This document shows positions 50,201 to 63,471 of a stretch of DNA of 64,000 nucleotides, one piece after another. This stretch comes from Octopus sinensis (lineage: Eukaryota). Position numbers and translations under genes: made by a program. The first letter of the stretch is position 1. Each line of letters begins with the position of its first letter. Where the stretch lies: contig NC_043019.1 in assembly GCF_006345805.1 (NCBI RefSeq), positions 30,193,360-30,257,359 on the forward strand, given 5' to 3'. Below the pieces are notes generated by a model. The model was not told where the DNA came from. It saw only the letters and a list, made by a program, of their open reading frames with translations, and did no database searches.

Positions 50201-50605
50201 CTGTGTGTGTGTGTGCTGGTGCCATGTAAAAACCACTCGGTCCACTCTGCCGGGTAGTTGGTGTTAGGAATGGCATCCAGCTGTAAAAATTGTGCCAAAA
50301 CGCACAAAGTCTGGTGCAGTCTTCTGCCTGGCCAGACTTCTGTCAAACAGTTCAACTCATGCCAGCATGGAAGGCAGACATTAAATGATGTTGTTGATAA
50401 TGATATAGATAATGATGAAATATAGGCTCATACATACACCATATTTTCCAGCATACAAGTTTTTCCGACTAAAATTTACAGCCAGATATACCAAGATGAC
50501 ATTGGAGGACTAAAAATTCCATGTGAAGTGTAGCAGGATTTGGAAACCTAGTGATGATGTTTAAACGATTACAATACTTGTATGGCCGAAAATATGGTGT
50601 GTATA

Positions 50606-50637
<32 letters not shown>

Positions 50638-50669
50638 CAAACGGGGGGGTGCACGTAATCCGCAATAAT

Positions 50670-50952
50670 ATAAGAATAAATGTTTTTATATATAAAGAAC
50701 GTGAAATACAGGAAGGGACGAACATGGAACACAGACAAATCATTCGAAGCCTTCAATCTTCAGTCAGACACCGAATCATCATAGCAAATTTCGGCTGTTC
50801 AATTCTGATATTTGCTCCAACTCGGCCAGCCCCAAGAAAAAAACTAAGCTGTAAGCATTAGATTTCGAAGGCTTCGAATGATTTGTCTGTGTTCCGTGTT
50901 CGTCCCTTCCTGTATTTCACGTTCTTTATATATAAAAACATTTATTCTTATA
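50670..50952. repeat. Near-perfect inverted repeat, arms about 85 bp
   Basis: TAAGAATAAATGTTTTT...TTCGAAGCCTTC and GAAGGCTTCGAA...AAAAACATTTATTCTTA. Confidence 0.9.
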
Positions 50953-51536
50953 TATATATACACCTGGAACAATACTTGTTCCAGGTGCAAAGCAATCGTG
51001 GCAGTCCCATATAAAAGTGCCAGTTTGGCATGAGGTAAAAGCACTCATGCAGTGCCACACAAACCCCCAGCACACTCTTTAACTGGTTGGCTTTAGGAAG
51101 GGCATCCAGCCAGAAAAACCAAACCAAATCAGACTGGAGGCTGGTGCAGATCCCCAGCTTGCCAGCTCTGGTCAAACCGTCCAACCCATGCCAGCATGGA
51201 CAATGGTCGTTAGTTAAATGATGATGATGATAGTGTTGTTAGGTCCCTTCAGTACTGCAACATGAATTCATTGCATCACATAGGTTGATGCTAAACTGGT
51301 ATCCCCATCAGGTTTGTCAAGTGAAGAGGGTTGCTAGAAACCTGTTGGGTTCCTAGCAACCCTCTTGAAAGGTTCGACTTAAACCTTTCGTTGTGGTGAC
51401 AGACATTTACACACAGGTGTGTTAATGTCTATCATTACACAGTAGCAGTAGAAGTACGTTGTGTGAAGACATTACTTTACCTTCGCTTTGTAAAATCATC
51501 TATCCAAACATAGAGATACAAAACCTTCCAAAGCAG

Positions 51537-51790
51537 TGTGGAGGCGCATGGCTTAGTGGTTAGGGTGTTGAACTCATGATCGTATGTTTGTGGTTTCGAT
51601 TCCTGGACCGGGCGATGCGTTGTGTTCTTGAGCAAAACACTTCACTTCACGTTGCTCCAGTTCACTCAGCTGGCAAAAATGAGTAATCCTGCGACGGACT
51701 GGCGTCCTGTTCAGGTGGGGAATTTCTACACCACTGAAACCGGGAAACCGGCTCTTAAGAGCCTTGCATGGCTCGAGAAGGAACATTTAT
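51537..51790 (+). mobile_element. SINE (C-related head, alternative tail)
   Basis: GGAGGCGCATGGCTTAGTGGTTAGGG...GGTTTCGATTCC head; related copies at 37735-38075, 55617-55830, 63150-63283(-). Confidence 0.8.
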
Positions 51791-52330
51791 TATTTTATTT
51801 TCAAGGCAGTGCCCGGCTGGCATGGCTGTAGTCCAATGACTGCAAACCAGTAAAAAATAATAGCAAATGGAAAACTGAAATTTACTCCGGTTGCACTGTT
51901 TCCTGAATATTTATAAGGAAGCTGACATTAGCAACTGCACATCATCTTTATGATCCTTATGCAGATGAATGGAATCAGCATTTTCCTGTTTGCTAATTCA
52001 TCATCAACATTTAACGTCCATTTTCCATGCTAGCATGGGTTGGACGGTTAGACCAGGGTCTGGGAAGCCAGGAGGCTGCACCAGGAACCAGTCTGATCTG
52101 GCAGAGTTTCTACAGCTGGATGCCCTTCCTAACACCAACCACTCCATGAGTGTAGTGGGTGCTTTTTACGTGCCACTGGCATAGGGGCCAGTGTAGATTA
52201 AATATACCCAATTGTCACTTTTTATTTATACTACAATGCAGAAAATGTACTAAATATTGCAACTCTTCTCCATGGAAGAAAAGATGGCAGTTTAAACCAC
52301 AGTTGACATATCTTACGACTGCCAGTTGTA

Positions 52331-52565
52331 CATCATTTATATTTGACGGATAATTATCCTCATCTTGTTTGTTGCTAACACATCGTTTCAGCTGATGTAC
52401 CCTCCAGCCTTCATCAGGTGTCTTGGAGAAATTTCGAACCTGGGTTCTCACTACTAAGGTATTTTTCAATATTATTATTATTATTCAGGTCACTGCCTGG
52501 AATTGAACTCAGTATCTTTGGGTTAGTAGCCTATGCTCTTAACCACTGTGTCTTATGCTCATGGA
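52331..52565 (-). mobile_element. tRNA-headed hammerhead element, copy 3, with TSD-like flanks
   Basis: Same order as copy 1; ACTGCCAGTTGTA (52318-52330) versus ACTGCTAATTGTA (52566-52578). Confidence 0.78.
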
Positions 52566-53166
52566 ACTGCTAATTGTATAAGCAAACTTTTTGATGTATG
52601 TTCACCTACCTCCAAAAAAATTTAACATTTGTGTATCACATTAGATTCAGTAATAGTTTTTCTAATTCTACATTTGATTTTAATATTTCTAATGTCTTGA
52701 CCCTTTTGAGATACTGTGTTTAGATATGTGTAACCAAAAATAGTAATTTTTTTTTTGATATTGAGATACAGCTCCTGAAAGACGATCTCTGATTAGCTAT
52801 TGCACTTCAGTCCTTTCAGCGTGTATCACTTGGCTGATCAATCAAACTGTAATTGTGTGAGGACTTTGGTTTCCTTTGTAAATGTAAAGCTGGTTTGATG
52901 TCTGTCTGTAGATGCAAGCATTAAATATTTGAATGAGTGGTTGCTCATTCAAGCTTCAAAACTGACAGCAGAGTCACATTGTGTGTGTAAATGTATGTAT
53001 AGGCACAGACATGGCGGTGTGGTAAGAAGTTTGTTTCCCATCCACACGGCTCTGGGTTGTCCCACTGTATGTTTGCTTGGGACAAGTCTTCGATTATAGC
53101 TCTAAGCTGGCCACCCTTGTGAGTGAGTTTGGTAGACGGAATCAGAAGCCTGTCTTGCATGTGTAT

Positions 53167-53433
53167 GTGAGACTCTGTCTCCTCCGATTTAGATTCCTAA
53201 CTACTCCAACATTTTACGGTGCAGTTTAACCAAAAGCGGGTATCTTATAGTCGTCATTCATATCGAGCGCTTCTGGATATTAGCGCGTGTCTACGATTTA
53301 AAAAAAAATTTACCATCATTTTTCCGCATTTTTAATGATTTTTGCTCAGGTCATATAAGGGAAGTAACTCTCTAAAAATGCTTATATAGTTATTTCCCTT
53401 ACAAACCCCAGCAACGCCGGGTGGTACTGCTAG
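53167..53433 (+). mobile_element. Helitron-like element, 5'-truncated tandem copy
   Basis: Near-identical to the matching part of 53639-53934; ends CCCCAGCAACGCCGGGTGGTACTGCTAG|T. Confidence 0.78.
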
Positions 53434-53638
53434 TGTATGTATGTATGTGTATGTATGTATATGTATGTTTGTGTGTGTGTGCGTGTGTGTGCGTGTGTAT
53501 GTGTATGCATGTGTATGTGTATGCATGTATGTATTTGTGTGTATGTGTGTGTATATGTATGTATGTGTATGATGTATGTATGTGTACGTATGTATGTATG
53601 TATGCGTATGCATGTATATGTGTGTGTGTGTATGTATA

Positions 53639-53934
53639 TCTTTATATATAAAATTGAAGTTGTGTGTGTGAGACTCTGTCTCCTCCGATTTAGATTCTTA
53701 ATTACTCCCACATTTTGCGGTGCAGTTTAACCACAAGCGGGTATCTTATAGTCGTCATTCATATCGAGCGCTTCTGGGTATTAGCGCGTGTCTACGATTT
53801 AAAAAAAAATTTACCATCATTTTTCTGCATTTTTAATGATTTTTGCTCAGGTCATATAAGGGAAGTAACTCTCTAAAAATGCTTATATAGTTATTTCCCT
53901 TACAAACCCCAGCAACGCCGGGTGGTACTGCTAG
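53639..53934 (+). mobile_element. Helitron-like element, complete termini
   Basis: A|TCTTTATATATAAAATTGAAGTTG ... hairpin ... CTAG|T; termini shared with the 1393 family, interior different. Confidence 0.8.
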
Positions 53935-54560
53935 TGTATGTATGTATGTGTATGTATACGTATGTGTGTGTGTATGTATGTATGTGTATATGTGTGTGTG
54001 TATGTATGTATGTGTATACGTGTGTGTATGCGTATGTATGTACGTGTGTGTGTATGCATGTATGTGTATGCATATGTGTGTTTATGTATGTATATGTGTA
54101 TGTATATACGTAAATGTATATGTATGTATGTGTGTGCATGTGTATGTATGTGTGTGTGTATGCATGTATGTGTATGCATATGTATATGTGTATGTATATA
54201 CGTAAGTGTATGTGTGTGCATGTATGTGTGTGTATGTGTATACATATGTATGTGTGTATATAGGTATGTGTGTGTATTTATTTATGTATGTAGGTATGTA
54301 TATGTGTTCATGTATGTATGTATATGTATATTTTCGTGTATGTGTGTATGTATGTATGTGTATGCATGCATACGTATATGCATGTATGTATGTGTATGCA
54401 TATGTATGTGCATGTAGGTATGTGTATGTATGCATGCATATATTTGTATGTATGTGTGTGTGTGTATAGGTATGTATATGTAATGTGTATGTAATGTGTG
54501 TGTGTGTATGTATTTATGTGTATGTATGTACGTGTGAGTGTATATGTGTATGTATGTATG
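53935..54560. repeat. Degenerate TG/TA microsatellite
   Basis: Directly visible; a related tract lies at 53434-53638. Confidence 0.95.
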
Positions 54561-54684
54561 GGGAAAGTCTGCTTTAACAAAATTCCATCTGACCCATACA
54601 AGTATGGAAAAATGGATGTTAAAACAATAATGGAATGTGTGAATGTGTGTGTGTGTGTGTGCAAAAGACAACAACAACAACAGC

Positions 54685-54784
54685 ATTTCTATTAAATGGA
54701 TTACTTTATTTCATCTTTCCATTTTATTGCTTCCTGACAGAGATTTGGTCAACTTCTCTGTCGTCCATCTACAACAGAGATTAC

Positions 54785-54815
<31 letters not shown>

Positions 54816-57314
54816 TATATATGCAGTGGCTTAGCAAGTGGTGATGTAGTTAGTTGTATTGACGATACTATGAAAGGGGTGGATATACAGTCATATTACA
54901 CAGACACAAATATATATATATACATAAAAACATATATATATATATATATATTTTGCTTTGAGGATATGATGAAGTTATACATTCATATTATATATACATT
55001 CATATATACACATGCATACAAATAATACATAGGTATTGTGATTTACAAATAGACTAATAGCAGTCCTTACATATAATAGTGTTGGTTTGTTTATTCGAAG
55101 CCAAGCTTTCTTCTGCAGCTAGCTCAGGTTCCCGTGTCACTAAGAATAAAGCAAATAGGAAACTTCCAGGCTTGAAATGATGGCCTCAAATAAATGTATG
55201 TATACACATACACGCATGCACACACGCAGGCATACATCCACATATATTTACAGAGAGAAAAAAAAAAAAATGATAGTCTTCGTTTCAAACAACACTTCCT
55301 AAGTCACCAAATAATCTATTTCCTTTCGTCGACTTGAAACAGTTCAATTAAAATTGTTGAGAATCCTTAATAATCCTATTTCATGTTGTGTCTGTGTGTT
55401 GCCAAATATGAAATAATAGAAATACCATCATGACATGACCAGACTCTTCTTTATCTGTGGTGATTGTATTCACTGAGGAATCTCACCTCTTAACCTCTCT
55501 CTCCGCTTCTCCCACAGATAAACACACGTCTGTCAATTCTATCATTTCATGAATCTCATCAAGCAGTAGGGCCAGCTAGTACTTTGCGCTGGTTTCGACA
55601 GAACACTCCTGTACATGTGGAGGTGCATGGCTTAGTGGTTAGGGTGTTGGACTCATGATTGTAAAATTGTGGTTTTGATTCTTGGACCAGGCGTTGTGTC
55701 GTGTTCTTGAGCAAAACACTTCATTTCATGTTGCTCCAGTCCACTCTCGGCCAGTAAAAACTATTAATCCTGTAACGGATCAATGCCCTGTCCAGAGAGG
55801 AATATATATGTTAGGGAAACTGCCTCTGTGCTCCTTATGAAGCAATGTGGACCAACCATATCGCAGCCTTGGACAGGTCCCTTCATTACCTACAGGCAAA
55901 CTTGAACTTGTCCCCCACTGCTCCTGGAAGGGAGGGAGGTGACAGCTATCGGAACTGATGAGGTAATATGCTGTTAAGTGTCTCGAATGAGAAGTACACG
56001 AAACAGCTGTGTTAGGTTTGAACTTAGAGCCCATATGTTTACACTATGATACCTGATGCACTCAAGCCATTTATCTTTGACTTAAAACTAACATAGGTAA
56101 TCTCAGTTAATATTAACAATATATATAAAGTCTAAATGAACACGGCAAAGTTTAAATTAGGATATTTTCAAAAGGTGGTGACCAGCACCCAACATTTGGT
56201 TTTGAAATTTTAATACAAAACAATAAAATCTCTGGAAAGTTTTCAAAGCCTGAAACAGTAAAAGTAATCTTACCATTTGTAGCCGATTTGAATATAAAGT
56301 TCTAACGGTTTCTAATTCTGCCTTTTCACGGAGAAAAGTGTAGTTACATCTTAAAAATACTTAACTAACTAACCCAAAATATGAAATTATACATTTCAAA
56401 AATTCAGAAAAAAAAAAATACACAACAAAACTTTTTCTTTTTTCCCATGAAATTAAAAAAATAAAAACCCAATAAAATAGCAGGAAATAATGAAAAAAAC
56501 GAAAACCAAATTCACAGGTGTTACTTTATCCCCAACTCACTGCAAGAGTTGTCTAGACTATATCTATCACACCCACATTTATATGTACATACATACATAC
56601 ATACATACATACACACGCACACACAGAGGTTTGCTCTAACAGCGTTAACCCTGGGGCTACATGACACACGGCTTTTCACTAGTCACCTGTGTATTTTACA
56701 ATTTACAAAAACACAAAACAAAACAATACTTAGGTAGTTGTACAGGCAGACATTGAAAATCCATCCGTTCACCCATTTGAAACAGCAGTAATAGTTTTTC
56801 AGAGATATTATGGCTATATTTTTGATAATCAATATTTAACAGATCATGTATTAATGATATTTGAGAAAATTTTTGGAAGAACCCTGCCCCCACAAAAAAA
56901 AAGAGAAAAAAAAAAAAAACATTTGGTTTCGATGCATTTAATGCTTTGTTGAGGGAGAAAGTGGGTGAATGGTTTCCATGTTTTGTGTTTGTGTGTGCTT
57001 TTTTTTCTTTTTTTTTTGGTGTGTTTATATATTAGTAAAGATATGAAAATCAGTCAACTCTGAACATCTTAAATCACTTAAAAAAAAACAAACAAAAAAC
57101 AAACACAAAAGAAAAAAACCTTACAGAATCTCAAAGCTGGTTGGTCGGTCGGTTGGTTGGTTGGTTGACAGGTTTTCAATATACATGTGGAATGTATAAC
57201 AGACATTCTCTCGGCCCATAACTGAACATTCTGCTGTTCATTAGATGATATGACTAGACAGGTTTTTAAGAAGTTTGTATCTCGACAGCTCTGCACTAAA
57301 GGAGTGCTTCCCAA

Positions 57315-57345
<31 letters not shown>

Positions 57346-60300
57346 ACATATATGCAGAGTCTCTACTCCACTCCATGAGAGCATCGGAAAGACAAGTTTG
57401 TTGTTAGATGTAGAACAATGTAAATACTAACAACTATAACCGCTAATATATATATATGTAAAAAAAAAACAAAACAAAAACCAACAGTCTTATATAATCT
57501 TAAATAGATCGGTTAGTGTTAACATTTTCAAAACATTAAGAGCTCAAAGCTGAAATATGCAATAAGGGATACAACTCTACTGGAACATGTTCTAGTTTTA
57601 TTCTGACCTCCTCAGCAAATGAGACTGCAAAGTAACTTGCCAATATAGTGATGAAAAACAATCTTAAAACTTTAAATATATACATACAAACACACATGCA
57701 CACCTTAAAGCACATAGTTTGACTAGCAGATTAATGAACTGAAATGATGAGATGTAGTTTAGAAAATTAAAAGCTAAACCCGATAAACCAAGGCTGAAAG
57801 TTGAAGCAAATTTTGTAGTAGGTGGGTTGGGGGTGAGGAGAGGATGTAGATACAAAAAGAACAAAATAGACAAAAAATAAAGGGGGCACACAGTTCAGAA
57901 GCCAGGTAAATAGTAGAAATAAGAAACTGATTCCAGAACAAAAAAAAAATTTGGGAGACGAAAATTGGAAGTCATTGTTCGATGAAAACTTTGCAGTGAA
58001 TCCCCAAATCATCGAATCGAAAAAGAAGTAGAACAAAACAGAAAAGAAATAAATATAATATTAAAAAAACCCCAAAAGACTGTCATTGAGGGCCTTTTCT
58101 ACTTCCATTTTGTGAGGCCTAGAAAATTATAGATTGTTTCTAGAGAACTTTTCTGATTCAATTAACGCTTTTTTTAAAAAATATATTTCTCTGTCTCATA
58201 TTCTTAACGCTTTTGGTAGTAACATTGAAACTGTGCCACTGGTCCTTAGATGAAAAAAAAAAAAGACTGCCTGTTTTAAAAGGTTCTATATTTAAATTAT
58301 AAACTCCCATCATAACTTAATTTAAGAACCTCAATATTAAGTTAAACTACCAAACACCAGCTTCACCTTCAACATGCTTAGGTGTATCATGTCACCATAC
58401 GAGTTTTCTCCCTTGTATCTGCAAGCACATTTTAAAGGGAGGAAATCTATATGGCAACATGATGCATCTACAGCATGCTAAAGGTTAATAAAACAAAATA
58501 ATGAAAAAGTTATTTTAAATTCTTCACCTTAATCACTTACAGACAGCAGAATTACCCTGCAATGAAACAAAGGTTGCCGGCAACAACGCTCACCGCAATG
58601 GGTGTCTGCACGAATACTGTAAGGACATTTTGTTCTGAAGCTCTGGCGGTTCTGTCAACCCGCCAATAAAAACAGGCAGTATATTTCAGTAGAAACAGGA
58701 CCACAAAATGATCAAGGACTATCAGACTACTTCAAACTAATGGCAGTTCTTGGAGAAATGAAGGCAATACCTTGGTAGTTGTGTCACGAGAAAGAAGAAA
58801 ATAATTGAAGAATGATAATTTCTAATATATTAAAATTTGCAAATGAATTTGAAAATTTCATACTAATGAAACCTACTTTTTTAGAAAACTAATTCAAAAA
58901 CAACTTGTGCCAGCGCTGATTCTCTAACTAAATGTATACAGCATGTGAGTTGACGGAAAAGCTTTGTCGTTTGGAATGTTAAATTTTGGAAGAAGAGGTT
59001 GGACAATTTAGTGTTGTTTTCAATGTAAATGAAAACGTTAAAGGAATATTTATATTAAGGTTGATGCGAAGCGATTAGCATTGCAGTAGTTCTCAGACAA
59101 CTTGGGAAAGCATCCAGCACTGCAGAAAATGGCTTCACTTATTAGCAGTAGAAAGAAAAAAAAGTGCAGGCAACAGAATTACACTGCAATGAAATAAAGG
59201 TTGCCGGCAACAACAATCACTGCAATGGCTGTCTGCTCGGTTAGAAAATGACGGGACAAATACTTCAGATGCCACAGGCTTTGGTTAATAATAATAATAA
59301 TGGATTCTAATTTTGGCACCAGGCCAGCAATTCTGAAGGGAAGGAGTTGGCTGACAATACTATTAACCTACAGTATTTGAATGATACTTCCCTTTATTGA
59401 CCCTGAAGGGACGAAAGGCGAAGTTGGCCCTGGTAGGATTTGAACTCAGGATATAAAGAAGTGGAACGAATACTGCAAGGACATTTTGTTTTGAAGCTCT
59501 AACGGTTCTGTCAACCCACCACCCTGATGATGATGATAATAATAATAATATATTGGAATTATATTTCTTGCTTATAATATCATTTGCTTTGTTTTGGTTA
59601 GTAAAGACACACACACATGGACCCAACTTAAACCAAAGAGAATATAATAAATATAAATTACAATTTGTTCATTCAATGACTTATACCAAAACAGCAGTGG
59701 AAATGTGGAAACAAAACAGCACAACCTATGTGACAATGTAAACAAAACTACACAACCAACTTGTCAAGGCAAGACAACAAAATATAAAGAAAAAAAAAAT
59801 CTAAATCTTTTAACTGTCCAAAATATGAAGCCTGCAGCTAGAACAATGGAATTTTTTGCTTTTGTTTAAATTTCCTTAGCGAAGTGACGTAGGAGGATGG
59901 AAGAAACAAGAATTAGCACCAAAAGTATTGAAATGAATGCAAGATAAACCAAAGAATACAGTGGACATTGTGGAAAACAAAAAATTTTTTTCTGAAGATA
60001 TTACAACCACCACCACCAACATTTCAGATGGATGGCCTGAACAAACAATAAGATCAGACAGTTGTTGTTGCCGCCACACCAATCCAGCCTCCACCAAGCC
60101 ATCATAAAGATCATACTTGCTTTCAGAACCAGAAATGGAATCAGTAGTTTTTTTTGTTTGTTTTTGTTTTTTTTTTAAAAAAAGTGACTTTTTCTCCCCT
60201 CAACATTTCTAAAAAGCTTTTGGGTTTGGGCTTTTTTAAAATTTATATTTTTAACCAAATCATTGTGTCACTGAACATTATATTTGGCTTGACCCCCAAA

Positions 60301-60450
60301 CAAACTGCAATTTGGTCTTGCAAAGTAAATATATGTATATACATATATATATATTCAACAGAGAGACTGTCTATTCAAGTGAATGTGTGTGCGTATGCAT
60401 ATGCGGTTAGAGTAAGTATACACATATATATATACATATATATTACATAC

Positions 60451-60489
<39 letters not shown>

Positions 60490-61345
60490 CCCAATGTTTG
60501 AGTACACTAAAATATGGAAACGGGTAGTAATAATAATAAAGAGTTGCAAAATAATTCTGTTCATTGTAAAATATAATTAAAAAAAATATGTCCATGAATT
60601 CTGACTCCTTTTTTTCCCTTCATCATAGTCTAATCTAGTGACCCAAGTCAGTTCACACCGTGCATCATCAACTCTCTTCTCAGCCAAAACAAAGTCAGGT
60701 TAATATTATTAATAATAATAACAAAAAAGTTACTCATGCAATAATTTTGTTTAAAAAAAAAATAAATAAAATAGAGAAAGAAGGAAAAATTAGAGGAATG
60801 GGAGAGAAAAAAAAAAAAAAACTTTTTTCTTTTCTCAGACAGTTTGACAAAACTGGCATGGGGAAATGTGAAGTGTTTTCAGACACAAAAACAAAAAATT
60901 GTTGACTGAATAAAAGGGGAGATAACAAGTATGAAAAGAGTTGAGTTGCGTTTCCTGAATTTCTCTTTCTTCTCCAAGATATCAAATGCACAGAAAAGAA
61001 GAAAAAGTTAAAAAAAAAACAAAAAGAAAAACGGTGTATTATCATCATTATCATCATTTTCATTGAGTGTTCTGTTTCTGTCGATGTCAGACACTAAAAG
61101 TCATAGAAACAAGATTATTTCCTTTCATTCATTCTCTTTCTTTCCTTCCTTTCTTTCTCTGGATCGTTTTGATAAGTAAAAGCTGTGGTTGGTCGGTCCG
61201 TAACAGTTCCAACAATGACAGTAGTTTATTAATTTTCTTTTGATTTATTTGATGCGGTAGATGAATAATGGAACTGACTGACACGCAAGGGGGGGTGTAG
61301 TGTGTTGAGTTCTCAAACCGTGCTTCCTCCTCTGTGCTCAAAAAG
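54685..61345 (-). other. Probable long 3' UTR of cytohesin
   Basis: Repeat-poor and U-rich on the minus strand downstream of the stop. Minus-strand AATAAA at 54705-54710 and 54723-54728 is followed by a GU-rich element (ctgttgttgttgttgtcttttg). The end point is inferred. Confidence 0.5.
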
Positions 61346-61430
61346 CTATGTGTTTTTCGAAGGATGGGTGACAGCATTTTTCCGTCTGGTGGCCAACATG
61401 TCATAGAACGGATGCTCACTGATGCTTGTC
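61346..61430 (-). CDS. CYTH: Cytohesin, last coding exon
   Basis: Minus strand: ctctttccAG acceptor, phase 2 consistent; (K)TSISEHPFYDMLATRRKNAVTHPSKNT then TAG matches the cytohesin C-terminal helix/polybasic region SISxxPFYxMLAxRK. Confidence 0.93.
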
Positions 61431-63289
61431 CTGGAAAGAGAAGAGCAGAGGGTGAAGTCAGAAACTTCTCAACCAGAATAAAAAGTAATAAACCCATTAG
61501 TTTTGTAGGTTTTAATTTCTGAACTAGGATACTAGATATTTTGAATGTTTGTTGTACCAACACTTCAGAGAGAGGGAGAGAGAGCAGGGGAAGAAAGAGG
61601 GAGAGAAAGAGAGAGAGTGGGGGAGAGTGTGTGTGTGTGTGTGTGTGAGAGTTATCCAAAATGCTTGACATAAACAGTGAAATCGAAGATGAGTAATGGG
61701 TATATATTTCAAGAGTTTTTGCTCCTCCATCAATACCCGTCCAACCCATTGCTTAAATAGCCACTAAATATAACAGTGTAACAATTGGATATACCGATTT
61801 TACATATTAAATGCATTTCTGGAAGGTGGTATGGAAATATTAATGACCTGTAGGGACACAGTATTTTGTTATGCAACTATAATATACTACAAAGTACATT
61901 AAACATCTTTATAAGTCAATACTTTACATCACTTGTTAAGGTTATCTCTACAGATTATCTATGTAAAAGAAGTAGAATATTTGGGCTGGATATGGCTGGC
62001 ATAAATGCTAAAGGTTTAAAATAAGTTGTTCTAACATTTGTCTGTCAAGATAGTTACATATTTCAAGCAACTGTCACACGAACAATTCTCCAGGAAAGAA
62101 GCAGATCTAAGTTTAGGATATTCATTGTGCCAGCATTACATATTTAGTATGTCTATTGATATCAGAAATGGTGTGATGAAATAGAGACCAAATCTGATCA
62201 AGCTGTAGTATAAGCAAAAGCATTTCATCCATGAATATCCTGACATATTAAGAGTATCTCGGGGTTAAATGTCTCACCACCATTTGATGTACAGGTGTAG
62301 GCATGGCTTCCTAACTACACGGTCTTGGGTTCAATCTCACTGCACGACCTCTTGGGTAAATGTCTTCTAATATAGCTCCAGGTTGACCAAAACCTTGTGA
62401 GTGGATTTGGTAGACGGAAACTCAAAGAAGCCCTTCATATGTGTGTGTGTGTGTGTATGTTGCTGTCCCTTTGCCTTGACCTCGTGTAATAGATGAGAAG
62501 GATTGTCACTGTCATCCAAGCAGTAGTGCCCTTTGTTTGATATTTTCTGCTGAAACATGTCTGGTCATGGGGAAATATTACCTTACTTGGAAACAGGTGA
62601 GGGCTGGCAACAAGTAGGGCATTTGGCTATAGAAAATCTATCTCAATAACAAAATTCCATCCAACCCATGTAAGCATAGAAAAGTGGATGTTAAAACAAA
62701 TGATAATGATGTATACTTTTGAGGAAAATTTAGTTCTACTTCTAGCAAGTTAAATGATTATGTAGAGAGGCTGCTTCAATGGCATGAAAACGAAATTAGT
62801 TATCTGTAAATAATTTGAGATAACTGATGCCAAAAGTTTTGGTAAGTTCACAGAAGTGTGAAGAGAGATAAGTAGTAGAGATAAGAGGCAGAGCCATCTG
62901 TTCTTCCTCTTCCTTCCCCACCATCGACCATCTTACAATGCAAACAGAATTTAGTTTGTCACAGAATATCAATAAGAATCAAGATTTATTGAAGATTCCT
63001 CCCCTCTCTCTTCAGGGTAAAAGAAAAAAAAAAATACAATGCCTTGAATGCAATTCAGTGAATGGAAAAATATGTAAGCAGGCCCTTAAGTTTGTGTCAT
63101 TTTATGTCCTGTAACACATAAGCTCACTCCCTTCATCAAATCGAAATTACCTGTACTGGGGCACTATGTGCCACATGTCAGATGGTGAAATGAAGCACTT
63201 TGCTCAAGAACACAACGCAATGCCTGGTCTGGGAATCGAAACCATGACCTCGCACTTGTGAGTACAACACCCTAACCACTAAGTACCTT

Positions 63290-63380
<91 letters not shown>

Positions 63381-63439
63381 GGACCTTTATGTGTATATGT
63401 GTGTGTATGTGTATATGTGTGTGTGTATATATGTGTATG

Positions 63440-63471
<32 letters not shown>

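Noticed and set aside
51324-51366. Short hairpin as terminator or pre-miRNA
   Set aside because: Too short for a pre-miRNA, bacterial-type terminators do not apply, and there is no other support.
61129-61749. 206 aa minus-strand ORF
   Set aside because: It overlaps the true cytohesin exon in a different frame and runs through microsatellite; the real frame is 61430-61346.
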